Assembly: GCA_052325545.1 (NCBI GenBank)
Contig: JBKQUP010000013.1
Span: forward strand, 7,692 to 71,691
Length of the DNA stretch: 64,000 bases
Reading direction: 5' to 3'
Source: Thermoplasmata archaeon
GTDB lineage: Archaea > Thermoplasmatota > Thermoplasmata > Lutacidiplasmatales > UBA184
How positions within the stretch are numbered: the stretch's first letter is position 1; every line of letters starts with the position of its first letter. Both the position numbers and the translations under genes were made by a program. Below are positions 8,333 to 17,355 of the stretch, in pieces. The notes below the pieces were generated by a model. The model was given only the letters and a program-made list of their open reading frames with translations, was not told where the DNA came from and made no database searches.

Positions 8333-10120
8333 ATGGCTCGATCGGAAACGTCCGCGACGCAAGCTTTCCGTGCCTATCTCCAGAACGACTGGAAGCGATG
8401 GCTCGCCGACTATCCCGAGCTCGCCACCAGCATCGGGGTCCCGGGGCTCGACGACCGTTGGACGAACGATTCCCCGGCCGGTATCGACGGGCGGAAGGGG
8501 CACCTTTCGGAAAGCCTCGCGTCCCTTCGGCGCCTGGATGCCGCCTCCCTCCCCGCGAAGGAGCGGACGAACTATGACCTCTATCGGGAGCTCCTCGAGC
8601 TCGCCGAGGTCGGCCTCCCCTTCGGGCTCGACCCGTTGCCGTTTCACCTCGGCATGCCGCACAGCCTGCTCGTCCCGCTGAACCAGATGGAAGGGGTCCA
8701 TCTCACCGCCTCCGACACCCTCGAGATCCAGCCCCGGGAGCGCCTCTCTGACTACGAGAACATCCTTTCCCGCCTGAACGCGCTCGCGGAGGCGGTCTCG
8801 CAGAACCTCGCCCTCCTCGAGGCCGGTCGCCACCAGGGGTTCACTCCGCACCGGGTCGCGGTCCGGGGCGTGCCCGACCAGGTCCGCGGCCTCATCCCGA
8901 ACGACCCGATGGCGAGCCCGCTCCTCCGGGCGTTCGTCGAGATGCCGAGCCGTATCGGGGAGGCCGACCGCCGCCGGCTCGTCAGCGCGGCGAAGGAGGC
9001 CTACACGGACCGGATCGTCCCCGCGTTCGAACGGCTCCACCAGTACCTGGTCACGACGTACCTCCCCGCCTGTCGCGACGCTCCCGGTGTCTCGGCCCTC
9101 CCGAACGGGACGGCCCTCTACAGCTACCTCGTCCGCTGGCAAACGACCACGAGACTGACCGCGAAGGAGGTCCACGAGATCGGTTTACGGGAGGTTCGGC
9201 GACTGCGCTCGGCGATGGAGGAGCTCATGGTGAGGACCGGGTTCTCCGGGAAGTTCTCCGAGTTCCTGGAGTTCTTGCGCACCGACGATCGGTTCTTCTA
9301 CACGAACGCGGAGGCGCTGGTCGACGGCTACCGGGTCATCGCCAAGAAGATCGACCCCGGGCTCTCTCGGCTGTTCGGTCGGCTTCCCCGCCTCCCGTAC
9401 GGGGTGCTCCCCGTTCCGGAGTTCCGGGCGGAAAGCTCCCCGACCGCGTACTACATGTCGGGGGCGCCGGCCACCGGTCGTCCGGGCATCTTCTTCGCGA
9501 ACACCTTCGCCCTCCACTCCCGCCCCCGGTGGGAGATGGAGGCCCTTTGCCTGCACGAGGCGGTCCCCGGCCACCACCTCCAGATCACGTTGGCCCAGGA
9601 GGTCGAGGACCTCCCCGACTTCCGGCGCTTTACCGGGCCCACGGCGTTCGTCGAAGGTTGGGGACTCTACGCGGAGAGCCTGGGAGATGAGCTGGGCCTC
9701 TACCAGGACCCGCACTCGAAGATGGGCGAATACACCTACGACATGTGGCGCTCGATCCGCCTCGTCGTCGATACGGGGATCCATGCGCTCGGTTGGTCGC
9801 GCGACGACGCGATCCGTTTCTTTCGGGAGAACGTCGGCAAGAGCGAGGTCGACATTGCCGTCGAGGTCGACCGGTACATCGTCTGGCCGGCCCAGGCGTT
9901 GGCCTACAAGGTCGGCGCGCTGAAGATCCGGGAGCTACGCACGTGGGCGGAGCAGGCGCTCGGGGACCGATTCAACGTCCGCGAGTTCCACGACCGCGTG
10001 CTCGAAGAGGGGGCCGTTCCCCTCGGGGTGCTCGAGTCTCGCGTGAAGTCCTGGGTCGCGAGCACGGCCGCGGCGGAGTCGACCGCCTCTCCCGCCCGGT
10101 CGAGCAGGCGCTCTCCGTAG
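8333..10120 (+). CDS. DUF885 family protein (putative metallopeptidase-like)
   Basis: The length is 595 aa. The characteristic HEAVPGHHLQ motif and the overall DUF885-like sequence are present (YRELLELAE.., WPAQALAYKVGALKIRELR). Confidence 0.75.
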   Translation: MARSETSATQAFRAYLQNDWKRWLADYPELATSIGVPGLDDRWTNDSPAGIDGRKGHLSESLASLRRLDAASLPAKERTNYDLYRELLELAEVGLPFGLDPLPFHLGMPHSLLVPLNQMEGVHLTASDTLEIQPRERLSDYENILSRLNALAEAVSQNLALLEAGRHQGFTPHRVAVRGVPDQVRGLIPNDPMASPLLRAFVEMPSRIGEADRRRLVSAAKEAYTDRIVPAFERLHQYLVTTYLPACRDAPGVSALPNGTALYSYLVRWQTTTRLTAKEVHEIGLREVRRLRSAMEELMVRTGFSGKFSEFLEFLRTDDRFFYTNAEALVDGYRVIAKKIDPGLSRLFGRLPRLPYGVLPVPEFRAESSPTAYYMSGAPATGRPGIFFANTFALHSRPRWEMEALCLHEAVPGHHLQITLAQEVEDLPDFRRFTGPTAFVEGWGLYAESLGDELGLYQDPHSKMGEYTYDMWRSIRLVVDTGIHALGWSRDDAIRFFRENVGKSEVDIAVEVDRYIVWPAQALAYKVGALKIRELRTWAEQALGDRFNVREFHDRVLEEGAVPLGVLESRVKSWVASTAAAESTASPARSSRRSP

Positions 10121-10129
10121 GACCCTCTC

Positions 10130-10489
10130 ATGAAGTTCGACCGCTGGACCGTGCTCTTCCTCCTCCACCAGGACGATGCCCCCGAGCTCGACGAGCCGGA
10201 GAGCGACGCGCTCCAGGACGCCCACCTCGCCTACCTTGCGGCGCTGCATGCGGACGGGCGACTCCTCGCCGCTGGGCCCGTTCGAGGGCCCCCCGGAACC
10301 CCCCCGGTCGCGGGAATCTGCATCTTCGGGGGCGAGGTCGACGAGGCCCGTTCCCTGGTCGAAGCGGACCCCGCCGTCCGGGCGGGGCTGTATCGGATCG
10401 ACGTCGTCTCGTGGTCCGTGCCCGGGGGCACGATCGCGTTCCTGCCCTCCCGGTTCCCTCGGTCGATGGCCGACGCCGGCGCACCTTGA
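10130..10489 (+). CDS. YciI-like (YCII-related) protein
   Basis: The length is 119 aa. AHLAYLAALHADGRLLAAGP..GICIF..EARSLVEADPAVRAGLY matches the YCII domain pattern. Confidence 0.65.
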   Translation: MKFDRWTVLFLLHQDDAPELDEPESDALQDAHLAYLAALHADGRLLAAGPVRGPPGTPPVAGICIFGGEVDEARSLVEADPAVRAGLYRIDVVSWSVPGGTIAFLPSRFPRSMADAGAP

Positions 10490-10521
10490 GGGCGCGCGGA
10501 GCCCGCTCCTCCCGGATACGG

Positions 10522-11352
10522 CTACGGGGTGAGGGACGTCGGCCGCAGCGCGCTCTCGAGGAGCTTCTTCTCGATCAACGCGATCGCCTCCGATAGTCCC
10601 GACTTGCTCCGACCGAGCTGCCGCGCGAGGTCCGTCAGCGTGATCGCTCGGGGGACCGCGAAGTAGCCGGCCGCCATCGCCTGGGCGAGGAGTTGTTGCT
10701 GGGCGTCCGTCAGCATCGGCAGATGGCTCCGGAGAGGACGGTCCCGGATCGAGACGACCTGGAAGTCCGGGTTGACCTTCCGGGCGTGCTTGAGGACCGC
10801 TTCGAATTCGGAACGCCGCGCGACGACCTCCCAGTTCAGGAAGCCCGCTTGGATGCGGACGGGGAATTGCATCGGCAGCCCCAGCATCCGATAGACGTAG
10901 ACGATGGGCGGGCTGGAGTAGGTGATCCGGTAGAGACAGCCGCCGCCAACCTCGGCGAGACTATCGACCTTGCGCACGTCGGGATACTCGGCGATCTCTC
11001 GGGCCCACACGCCCGGGGGGCCGTCACTGATCCAATGGTCCGAAACCGACACGTGCTCGGTCAGGTCCGAGCGGTTCAGGACCTCGATGGTAAGGTTCGG
11101 ATGGGCCCGGGAGAACGGGCCCGTCCAAAGCCCCTTCGCCTGGATCCGGATGCGAAGCAGCGCGAGGAGGAGGCGACCGTCGGACGCGACCTTGTGCGCG
11201 TCCCGGAGGCCCCGCAACCGGGCCGCCGTTCCATTCCGAGGGCGGCGGCGCGGCCGGCTGCGGCTGCTCGACCCCCTCTGTTGCGAGCGGCTCCGTGGGA
11301 CCACTTTGCTCAACCCCCGGCTCGCCGGGCCCACCGACGCTTTGGTCGACAC
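10522..11352 (-). CDS. HTH_10 (bacterio-opsin activator-type) transcriptional regulator
   Basis: The C-terminus LTDAQQQLLAQAMAAGYFAVPRAITLTDLARQLGRSKSGLSEAIALIEKKLLE is a canonical HTH_10 domain. The N-terminal roughly 50 aa are Arg/Ser-rich, so the true start may lie downstream of the GTG at 11352. Confidence 0.75.
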   Translation of the reverse strand: MSTKASVGPASRGLSKVVPRSRSQQRGSSSRSRPRRRPRNGTAARLRGLRDAHKVASDGRLLLALLRIRIQAKGLWTGPFSRAHPNLTIEVLNRSDLTEHVSVSDHWISDGPPGVWAREIAEYPDVRKVDSLAEVGGGCLYRITYSSPPIVYVYRMLGLPMQFPVRIQAGFLNWEVVARRSEFEAVLKHARKVNPDFQVVSIRDRPLRSHLPMLTDAQQQLLAQAMAAGYFAVPRAITLTDLARQLGRSKSGLSEAIALIEKKLLESALRPTSLTP

Positions 11353-11468
11353 GGAATCCGTTAGGGAGCTATAAACAGAGCGGGCCGACCTCGAAAAGCA
11401 CCGTCGGGCGGGTTTCGCTCATCGACGAGCGCGGCCCCCTGGGCCCACAAAGTCGCGCGAACGCCCCT

Positions 11469-11500
11469 CCGAACCCGTTCGGGAACCCGAACCTGTTCGG
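11469..11500. promoter_or_regulatory. Two tandem 14-bp palindromes (candidate operator)
   Basis: CCGAACCCGTTCGG lies at 11469-11482 and CCGAACCTGTTCGG at 11487-11500. Their centres are 18 bp apart. They sit 30-60 bp upstream of the ATG at 11530, in the divergent intergenic region shared with the HTH_10 gene. Confidence 0.4.
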
Positions 11501-11529
11501 GACCACGCCTTGACCCTCGGGGAGTTCAC

Positions 11530-12423
11530 ATGACCGGCCGAGACGGCCCGGACCTGCAGATGTCAACGCCCACACCCCCCTTGACCGCATCTCCGACGAG
11601 CGACCCTGCTCCGGTCGGGGACGTTTCCGGCCCTAGCGGCGAACCCGCCTTCCCCTCCGGCCTCCCCCACAAGCTCCCGCCTCGCCGTCGTTCCACCTCT
11701 TCGGAACCCGGCCCCGACCGGTGCTCGGGGGTTTTCCCGGCCCGCCTGTTCGACCGCCCGAACTCGGTCCTGGTCTACGGGCCTCATCGGTCCCTGGTGA
11801 ACCTGACCCTCTTCGCCCTCGCGACGGCCACGAACCCCGAATTCGAGTGGGTGGAGATCGGAGAGCCGAAGGACGATCGCCCCCTCTTCGACCCGGTCCA
11901 ACTGGGTTGGATCCCGGAGGACCGCGTTTGGCTCGTGGACCACCCCGACGCCCTCCGACCCGACGACCTGAGCGCGAACCTCTCCCTCAGCCGAACGATC
12001 CGGTCCGACGAGCCGCCGGAGATCCTTGCCCAGATCACCGAGTTCTTGCGGCTCCCCGACCGGTCGCAACGGATCCTCGCCACCCGGCCGCCCCAAGGGA
12101 AGCCGGGGGTGGTCGCCATTGCCAACGCCCATCGGGTCGAGCGGAACTTCGCGGCGAGCCGCGTCCCGTCGATCCTGACCGTGCACCGGAACGCGGGCTT
12201 CTCGGTTCTTGTCGGGTATAGCGAGGCGCCCGGCACTGGGCGGAAGCTGTTCGATTTCGTCTTCCACCTCGACGGCGCCGATCAGAACGTCGCGGATTGG
12301 AGAAAGAATCACCTAGTCTGCGAGCGAGGGATCACCTCCGGACCGCTTCGGGATTCCCGGCCAGTCCTCCTCGACGATGTCCCCATCCTTTCGGGGGTTC
12401 TCTCGAGAGCCATGCCGTCGTGA
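11530..12423 (+). CDS. Uncharacterised protein, paralog A (distant paralog of 18317..19117)
   Basis: A Pro/Ser-rich N-terminus is followed by a globular alpha/beta-looking domain. By eye it aligns with 18317..19117 at NPEFEWVEI / DPAFRWMTI, FLRLPDRSQRIL / FLLLPQRLQLIL, GVVAIANAHRV / RVVVVANTNRV, NAGFSVL / NGFSMI, FDFVFHL / FNIVLRL and DWRKNHLVCERGITSG / EWRTAHLAVEKGLPSG. Confidence 0.6.
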   Translation: MTGRDGPDLQMSTPTPPLTASPTSDPAPVGDVSGPSGEPAFPSGLPHKLPPRRRSTSSEPGPDRCSGVFPARLFDRPNSVLVYGPHRSLVNLTLFALATATNPEFEWVEIGEPKDDRPLFDPVQLGWIPEDRVWLVDHPDALRPDDLSANLSLSRTIRSDEPPEILAQITEFLRLPDRSQRILATRPPQGKPGVVAIANAHRVERNFAASRVPSILTVHRNAGFSVLVGYSEAPGTGRKLFDFVFHLDGADQNVADWRKNHLVCERGITSGPLRDSRPVLLDDVPILSGVLSRAMPS

Positions 12424-12917
12424 ACCCGCCGCGCTTCGTCCGGCGAAAACGGGATCCGGGTCGACGGCCCCAACGCGCGGGGGCGCGGAGGGATCCCTTT
12501 CGAACGTTCGGTCGATCGCGGACCCGGCCATCTCTGCCGTCGCGTCGACCGCCTTCGGAACCGCTTGGACCGAGGGAAAACTCGCGCGCGGGTCCGCTGT
12601 TGAAATAGAGGGACCTCCATAGGTACGACCACACTCGGTCGCCGGCCGGGTAGACACAAAAAGATGCCAAAGAAGGGCCAGAAGAAAAAGAAGTAACGGC
12701 CCTTTCGGCCGTTCCTTCGGTGAGCGACACCGGGGGAGTTGCTTGCGTGAACCACTCTCCTCGCTCCGGCGAGCGGGGGATGTTCTCGGACTCCCCTACC
12801 CTCTTCCCCCCGATCGTTCGGGGTAGCTCGTCTCGACGCGAACGGTCCATTGATCACAGCGCCGGTTCGTGTGACACCCTCTTTCCCGGCGGATGACAGG
12901 CCTAAGTTTCCTCGGCG

Positions 12918-14378
12918 ATGAGTTTCACAGGTCGCCTGTGGTCGACGCGTCCTAGGTCTCACCACCGGCGCGCGACCGACGTTTCCTCCCGCGCGCGGTC
13001 CTCGGAAAGGCATTCCAGTGGTTCGATAGGTTCATGGCCCTCCTTCCCGGCACTCCCAACCGGTTCGGGCATGAGCGGGGTCGTCTGTAGCACACCGGCC
13101 CTATCGACTCCCGTCCGCTGGGAGCGGCTCCGAGACCTTTCTCACCGGTTCCTTCTCCCGGCCGTCGCACTTACCTCCCTCTTTCTGGGCCTCGTCCTTT
13201 TTCTCGACCCCTTGGCGAGCGTGGGCTCCACCATACCATTCGCGCTGTTCGCAATCGGGTCGGGAGGGTTGGCCGGTTTCATCTCCCTACACGGATGGAA
13301 GACCACTGTCCTTTCGCCGGCCACGTCCGTGACGGCGGCCGGGGTTGCGACTTCTTCGCGCCCGGCGGACCCACTCGGCGCGGTCGCTCCGGGACCGAAC
13401 GAGCGACACCGTGCTCGCCTCACACCCAAAGGGGCCGAATGGAGGGTGCTCCCCGCCCCTTCGATTTCCCGCGATGGAGGCTGGATCAGCTGGCTGCCCC
13501 GGGAGCACCGTCGCTCGGGCATCGAGGGGGTCGAACCCGTTCCCGGTGTGGTCCACTCGCCCGGCAGGGCGGGTAATCTGGTCTGGTTCCCCGTTCGGAA
13601 GGACTACCATGGAGTCCGGTCGTCGCCAGGGTCCGGTGACCTCTCCCGTCCTTCGCCCGGGGCGGAGCCGTCTCTGACGGCCACCGAGGCGGGCGGTCCA
13701 TCGGTTCCCCCCGTGACCTCCCCGAGACGGGGTCGCGACCCGTCCGAGCCGCTGCCGGGCACGAGGCCGCTATCGGTGGAGGAGCTCGACCGCATGTTCC
13801 CTCCCGTCTCAAGCTCGCGGTCGACATTCCTCTCCGAGGCTCCGGAGAGGGTCGGCGGTCCGTCGACCTGGGTCCGGGAACTGAGCCTTCCCGCCGACCC
13901 GCTCGCCTCCCCGGACGAATCGACGTCGTCGACGGAAGGCCGTTCATCCACGTTCGAGGAGGGCGAGGACCCGCCTTCCCAAGCGGACCCGTTCGAGGGA
14001 CGAAGGGCCGACCATTCCGCGATCCCTGAGACGACATCCTCCCCTCGCTCCCATCCGCCCGACGGGACCTCCCGTTCGAATGCCGAAACCGCCGAGCTGT
14101 TCCTCGAGGCCGCCAACCCGGTACCTCCCCACTTGAGGGGCGAAAGCGCTCACGCGCGTATGGAAGCCCGCCGGCCCTCCGTACGGTCGATAGATCCCGC
14201 GAGCCAACGGTCGGTGTGCGCGTCGTGCTCGAAGGTGGTCGTGAACCTTCGCATGAGCGGCCCGTGTCCGAAGTGCCTCCGGCCGATCTGCAACGATTGC
14301 CTCCGCGAGGCGTTCGTCACCCACGGTCACGGATGGTGCATCGACTGTTCCGCTGCCGCCACGGTGGGCATCGGCTGA
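12918..14378 (+). CDS. Membrane protein with a long Pro/Ser-rich linker and a C-terminal 8-Cys/2-His zinc-binding module
   Basis: Two or three TM helices are present (FLLPAVALTSLFLGLVLFL, IPFALFAIGSGGLAGFISL). About 300 aa of low-complexity P/S/E-rich sequence follow. The C-terminus is CASC-x12-CPKC-x4-CNDC-x7-HGH-x2-CIDC. Third codon positions are GC-rich throughout. An alternative start at ATG 13071 is possible. Confidence 0.55.
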   Translation: MSFTGRLWSTRPRSHHRRATDVSSRARSSERHSSGSIGSWPSFPALPTGSGMSGVVCSTPALSTPVRWERLRDLSHRFLLPAVALTSLFLGLVLFLDPLASVGSTIPFALFAIGSGGLAGFISLHGWKTTVLSPATSVTAAGVATSSRPADPLGAVAPGPNERHRARLTPKGAEWRVLPAPSISRDGGWISWLPREHRRSGIEGVEPVPGVVHSPGRAGNLVWFPVRKDYHGVRSSPGSGDLSRPSPGAEPSLTATEAGGPSVPPVTSPRRGRDPSEPLPGTRPLSVEELDRMFPPVSSSRSTFLSEAPERVGGPSTWVRELSLPADPLASPDESTSSTEGRSSTFEEGEDPPSQADPFEGRRADHSAIPETTSSPRSHPPDGTSRSNAETAELFLEAANPVPPHLRGESAHARMEARRPSVRSIDPASQRSVCASCSKVVVNLRMSGPCPKCLRPICNDCLREAFVTHGHGWCIDCSAAATVGIG

Positions 14379-14460
14379 ACCGGCGGCCGACGGGGCATCG
14401 ACCCGCAACGCCGCGCCGGGGGGGAACCGGGCGGACGGCGAGCGGAACCCTCGAGCCTCT

Positions 14461-14922
14461 CTATCGGTGGCGAGCTTTCCGGTAGTCGGCTTCGATCGCC
14501 TTCGCGAACTTTCGCCACGCGGCGAGGGTGCCGGTCTCGATGAACTTCCGAGAGGGGGGTCGCCCTCCCAGAGGGGACACGCGACGCTTCCAGGTGAGCT
14601 CGAACCGGGTCCGTCCGGGGCCGAGCGCGGTCAGCTGGTAGTCCAGAGTGGCGTCCCGGTAGTTCCCGACGGTTTCGGAGTGCCACCGGTTCGGGGGTCT
14701 CAGGGTGACCACGTGCCGGGTCCACCGCCAGCCGGTCGGCATCGACTCCAGGTCTTCGAAAACCACTCGCCGGGCCTTCCGTTCGAGGATCTTGCGCTCG
14801 TACGATTCGCCCTCCCGCCGGGCATCATCCGGGCGGAAGTCGGTGCACCAGCGGAACGCGAACGCGAGCGGCACGCGCAGTACGGTCTCGATGTGATACT
14901 CCGGGGGAGGCCACTTCGTCAT
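14461..14922 (-). CDS. SRPBCC (START/polyketide-cyclase-like) family protein
   Basis: The length is 153 aa. The pattern is typical of SRPBCC ligand-binding proteins (VPLAFAFRWCTDFRPDD.., TRFELTW). Confidence 0.6.
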   Translation of the reverse strand: MTKWPPPEYHIETVLRVPLAFAFRWCTDFRPDDARREGESYERKILERKARRVVFEDLESMPTGWRWTRHVVTLRPPNRWHSETVGNYRDATLDYQLTALGPGRTRFELTWKRRVSPLGGRPPSRKFIETGTLAAWRKFAKAIEADYRKARHR

Positions 14923-14958
14923 GGATTCACCGGCCCATCGATGAGGAGAGGTAAGAGA

Positions 14959-15435
14959 CTATGCATCGCCGGCCTCCCGAAGGTCCGTCCCGGTCCGCAG
15001 CACCGACTTCAGGTTCGTGAGGAAGTACGCCCATCCCTCGCACGTCCCCCCGTAGTTATCGACCCAGGCAGGTGTCCTCCCGTAGCCGGTATGTCGGAGG
15101 GTGACACGGGTTCCGCCCTTCCGGGCGGCGAAGGTGAAGGTCACCTGGGTCATTCCGAGCCCCTTCGCAGGCCACTCGAGGGAGAGCTTCCGGTTCGGAA
15201 CGAACGCGATCACCTTGGCTCGGTGGCGGTAGCCGAGCTGCCAGACGAACTCGTAGGTCGCCCCGGCCGTATGCGGCAAGCGGGCCGACTTGAGGAACCA
15301 ACGGGTCAGCTCTGAGGGTTCGGTCAACGACCGGAATACCTTCGCCACCGGTGCTCGGAAAAAGTAGGTCTGCTCGATCGTCGGTCCCTTGCGGTTCGCC
15401 ACCATGGGGGTTCGTTCTCCCCGAGACGCCTTCAC
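14959..15435 (-). CDS. SRPBCC family protein, AHSA1 (activator of Hsp90 ATPase homolog)-like domain
   Basis: FRAPVAKVFRSLTEPSELTRWF..GATYEFVW..KVIAFVPNRKLSLEW..TQVTFTF..GGTRVTLRHTG is the typical AHSA1/SRPBCC pattern. An alternative start exists at ATG 15405. Confidence 0.7.
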   Translation of the reverse strand: MKASRGERTPMVANRKGPTIEQTYFFRAPVAKVFRSLTEPSELTRWFLKSARLPHTAGATYEFVWQLGYRHRAKVIAFVPNRKLSLEWPAKGLGMTQVTFTFAARKGGTRVTLRHTGYGRTPAWVDNYGGTCEGWAYFLTNLKSVLRTGTDLREAGDA

Positions 15436-15578
15436 CTATTTCGTCCCTTGGAAGGGCGTCGGAGGCGACGGCCCGGCAATGCTTCGGAGAGGCGGACACG
15501 GGACCGAGGGTCTCGGGACCGTGCGGAGCCCCGTCCGGTCCTCTCCGGCCCTCTCCGTTCCCTCGTCATCGGTCGGGG

Positions 15579-16595
15579 TCAACCGACCCGCACTCGACCC
15601 TCGTCGGGTCGAGGGGCGGTTAGCTCTTCCTTCTCCGAGCTCCGAGCGACGGCGGGGCGATTCCGGTTCCCTGTAAGGAAGACCAGCGATAGGCCGGTCA
15701 CCACCAGGAGGAAACCGCCGACCTCCCAGACCGTGATCGCCTCCCCATAAAGGCCCGAGCCCAGCCCGATGCCCACGAGCGGCAGCAGGTAGGTGACGAG
15801 GTTGGCCCGGCCCGGTCCGATCTGATGGTGCAACCGGAAGTAGACGACGTATCCCAGCAGGGAGGAGAAGACCACCAGGACGAGGAGCGGACCCCAGACC
15901 GCGGCGGTGAACGGCAGTCGTTCGGGGGGTCCGGGGAACACGAGGATCGCGAGGCCGAGGATCCCCGCGCCGACACCGAACTGGAACGAGAGCTGCCACG
16001 TGCCTTGCCGCCCGTGCCCCCAGCGGCGAAGGAGGACCGAACCCAGCGGGAACACGACGAACGCGCCCATCACCGCGACCGGTCCCTCCCAGCCTCCCCC
16101 CACCCCGGCGAGGAGGCTCGGAAGGACGAGGACCATGATCCCGAGGAACCCCACGGCGATCCCCAGGATGGCGGTCCGGGAGAGACGCTCGGACGGAAGG
16201 AGGGAGTAGGCGAATACGACGGTTAGGATCGGTCCCATCCCGGAGAGCACCGAGGCGTACCCTCCCGTGGTGAACTGTTCCCCCCAATAGAGCAGCATCC
16301 CGTAGAGGCCGATGATGAGCGTGCCTCCGACGAGCGCGGAGAGGAGGCCCGATCGTCGGTCCGGCCAGGGTTCCCTGCGCAACGCGGCGGCCAGAGCGAG
16401 AAGCCCGGCGACGAGCGCGTACCGGGTGCCGGCGTAGAGAAAGGGCGAGGCACCCGCCACGATGCCTTCCCGGATGGCCACATACGCCGAACCCCATAGG
16501 ACGGCGAGGGCGACGAGCAACAACACGTCGGTCTGACCGACCCGTATCGGGGTTCCCATGGAGTCTCCCGATGCTCCGGTGCCCGAACCCGCCAA
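15579..16595 (-). CDS. EamA/DMT superfamily transporter
   Basis: About 10 TM helices are present. LAVLWGSAYVAIREG and duplicated EamA-like halves are visible. An alternative start exists at ATG 16559. Confidence 0.75.
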   Translation of the reverse strand: MAGSGTGASGDSMGTPIRVGQTDVLLLVALAVLWGSAYVAIREGIVAGASPFLYAGTRYALVAGLLALAAALRREPWPDRRSGLLSALVGGTLIIGLYGMLLYWGEQFTTGGYASVLSGMGPILTVVFAYSLLPSERLSRTAILGIAVGFLGIMVLVLPSLLAGVGGGWEGPVAVMGAFVVFPLGSVLLRRWGHGRQGTWQLSFQFGVGAGILGLAILVFPGPPERLPFTAAVWGPLLVLVVFSSLLGYVVYFRLHHQIGPGRANLVTYLLPLVGIGLGSGLYGEAITVWEVGGFLLVVTGLSLVFLTGNRNRPAVARSSEKEELTAPRPDEGRVRVG

Positions 16596-16721
16596 GCGGT
16601 CGCCCCTCTTTGGGGCTAACCGACGGAGTCTTATCTGAGAGCGGGGAGGGGACGGCCACGAGGGGGCAGGTCTCCGCTACGGCGACGATGCCGGGCCTGT
16701 CGGTCTTCGACGGGAGGGTGG

Positions 16722-17285
16722 ATGACGGTGGATGAAGCGGGGGCCCCGGCCCGGGACCCCCGCGTCTCGCCCCGGGTCCCGCAGGTCGAGGTGATCGACC
16801 TCGTGGGAGAGGACCGCGAGCGGGCCGTCCCTGCGCTGAAGGATGGGTTCGAGGGGATCTACCGCTGGCACGCCAAGCGGACCTTACGAAGCGCGACCTG
16901 GGTACGGGCCGCGGTCCTCCAAGGCGAGGTCGTCGCCGTGTCGATCCTGGAACGGCTCGACCCCGCGGTGGGATACGTCTACTATCTCTCGACCGCGCAA
17001 TCCCACCGGCGGGAAGGGCTGGGAGCGCTGCTCCTCGATGACGCGCTCGCGCTCTTCCGTCGCGAGGGGGCCGCCGTCGCCTACGGGGCCGCCGAGGAGG
17101 AGAATGCCGCCTCGATCGCGCTCTTCCGCTCCCGGGGATTCCGACCCGTGGAGCGGAAGGAGCTCGGTTTCCGGGAGGGGGGCCTCGGGGCCTGGGGACT
17201 CCGGAGCCGAATGACCCTCGTCGGCGGAGAGGTCCTGATGGGACTCCGCTTCTCCTCGACCGGCCCCCCGCCGGCCCGCGATTGA
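16722..17285 (+). CDS. GNAT family N-acetyltransferase
   Basis: The acetyl-CoA binding motif A region is VYYLSTAQSHRREGLGALLLDDALALFRREG. It is followed by ASIALFRSRGFRPV. Confidence 0.7.
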   Translation: MTVDEAGAPARDPRVSPRVPQVEVIDLVGEDRERAVPALKDGFEGIYRWHAKRTLRSATWVRAAVLQGEVVAVSILERLDPAVGYVYYLSTAQSHRREGLGALLLDDALALFRREGAAVAYGAAEEENAASIALFRSRGFRPVERKELGFREGGLGAWGLRSRMTLVGGEVLMGLRFSSTGPPPARD

Positions 17286-17355
17286 CCCGGTCCGAGCCGG
17301 TTCCCCACGGGAACGTCTCCGCGGTGCTCGTTCGGGGTGGCGGACGTCGGGGGGA

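Noticed and set aside
7760-9175. A 471-aa minus-strand ORF
   Set aside because: Only the last 141 aa (7760..8185) look like a VOC protein. The remainder is antisense to the well-supported DUF885 gene and is low-complexity.
12664-12696. Calling the MPKKGQKKKK mini-ORF a ribosomal protein (L41e-like) gene
   Set aside because: Ten codons with no similarity beyond basic composition cannot support this call. It is reported only as an observation within the non-coding-region finding.
12650-12910. RNase P RNA or SRP RNA in the 12.4-12.9 kb gap (minus-strand GGGGAGTCCGAG resembles the P4 GGAAAGUCC; GAAAG-loop hairpin)
   Set aside because: The second P4 strand (ACAGAAxCCGGCUUA-like) and the other universally conserved RNase P elements are absent. 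The SRP helix-8 core (GGCC-GGAA-GGGAGCA) is not present. The region is also too short for either RNA. It is kept only as an unclassified structured region.
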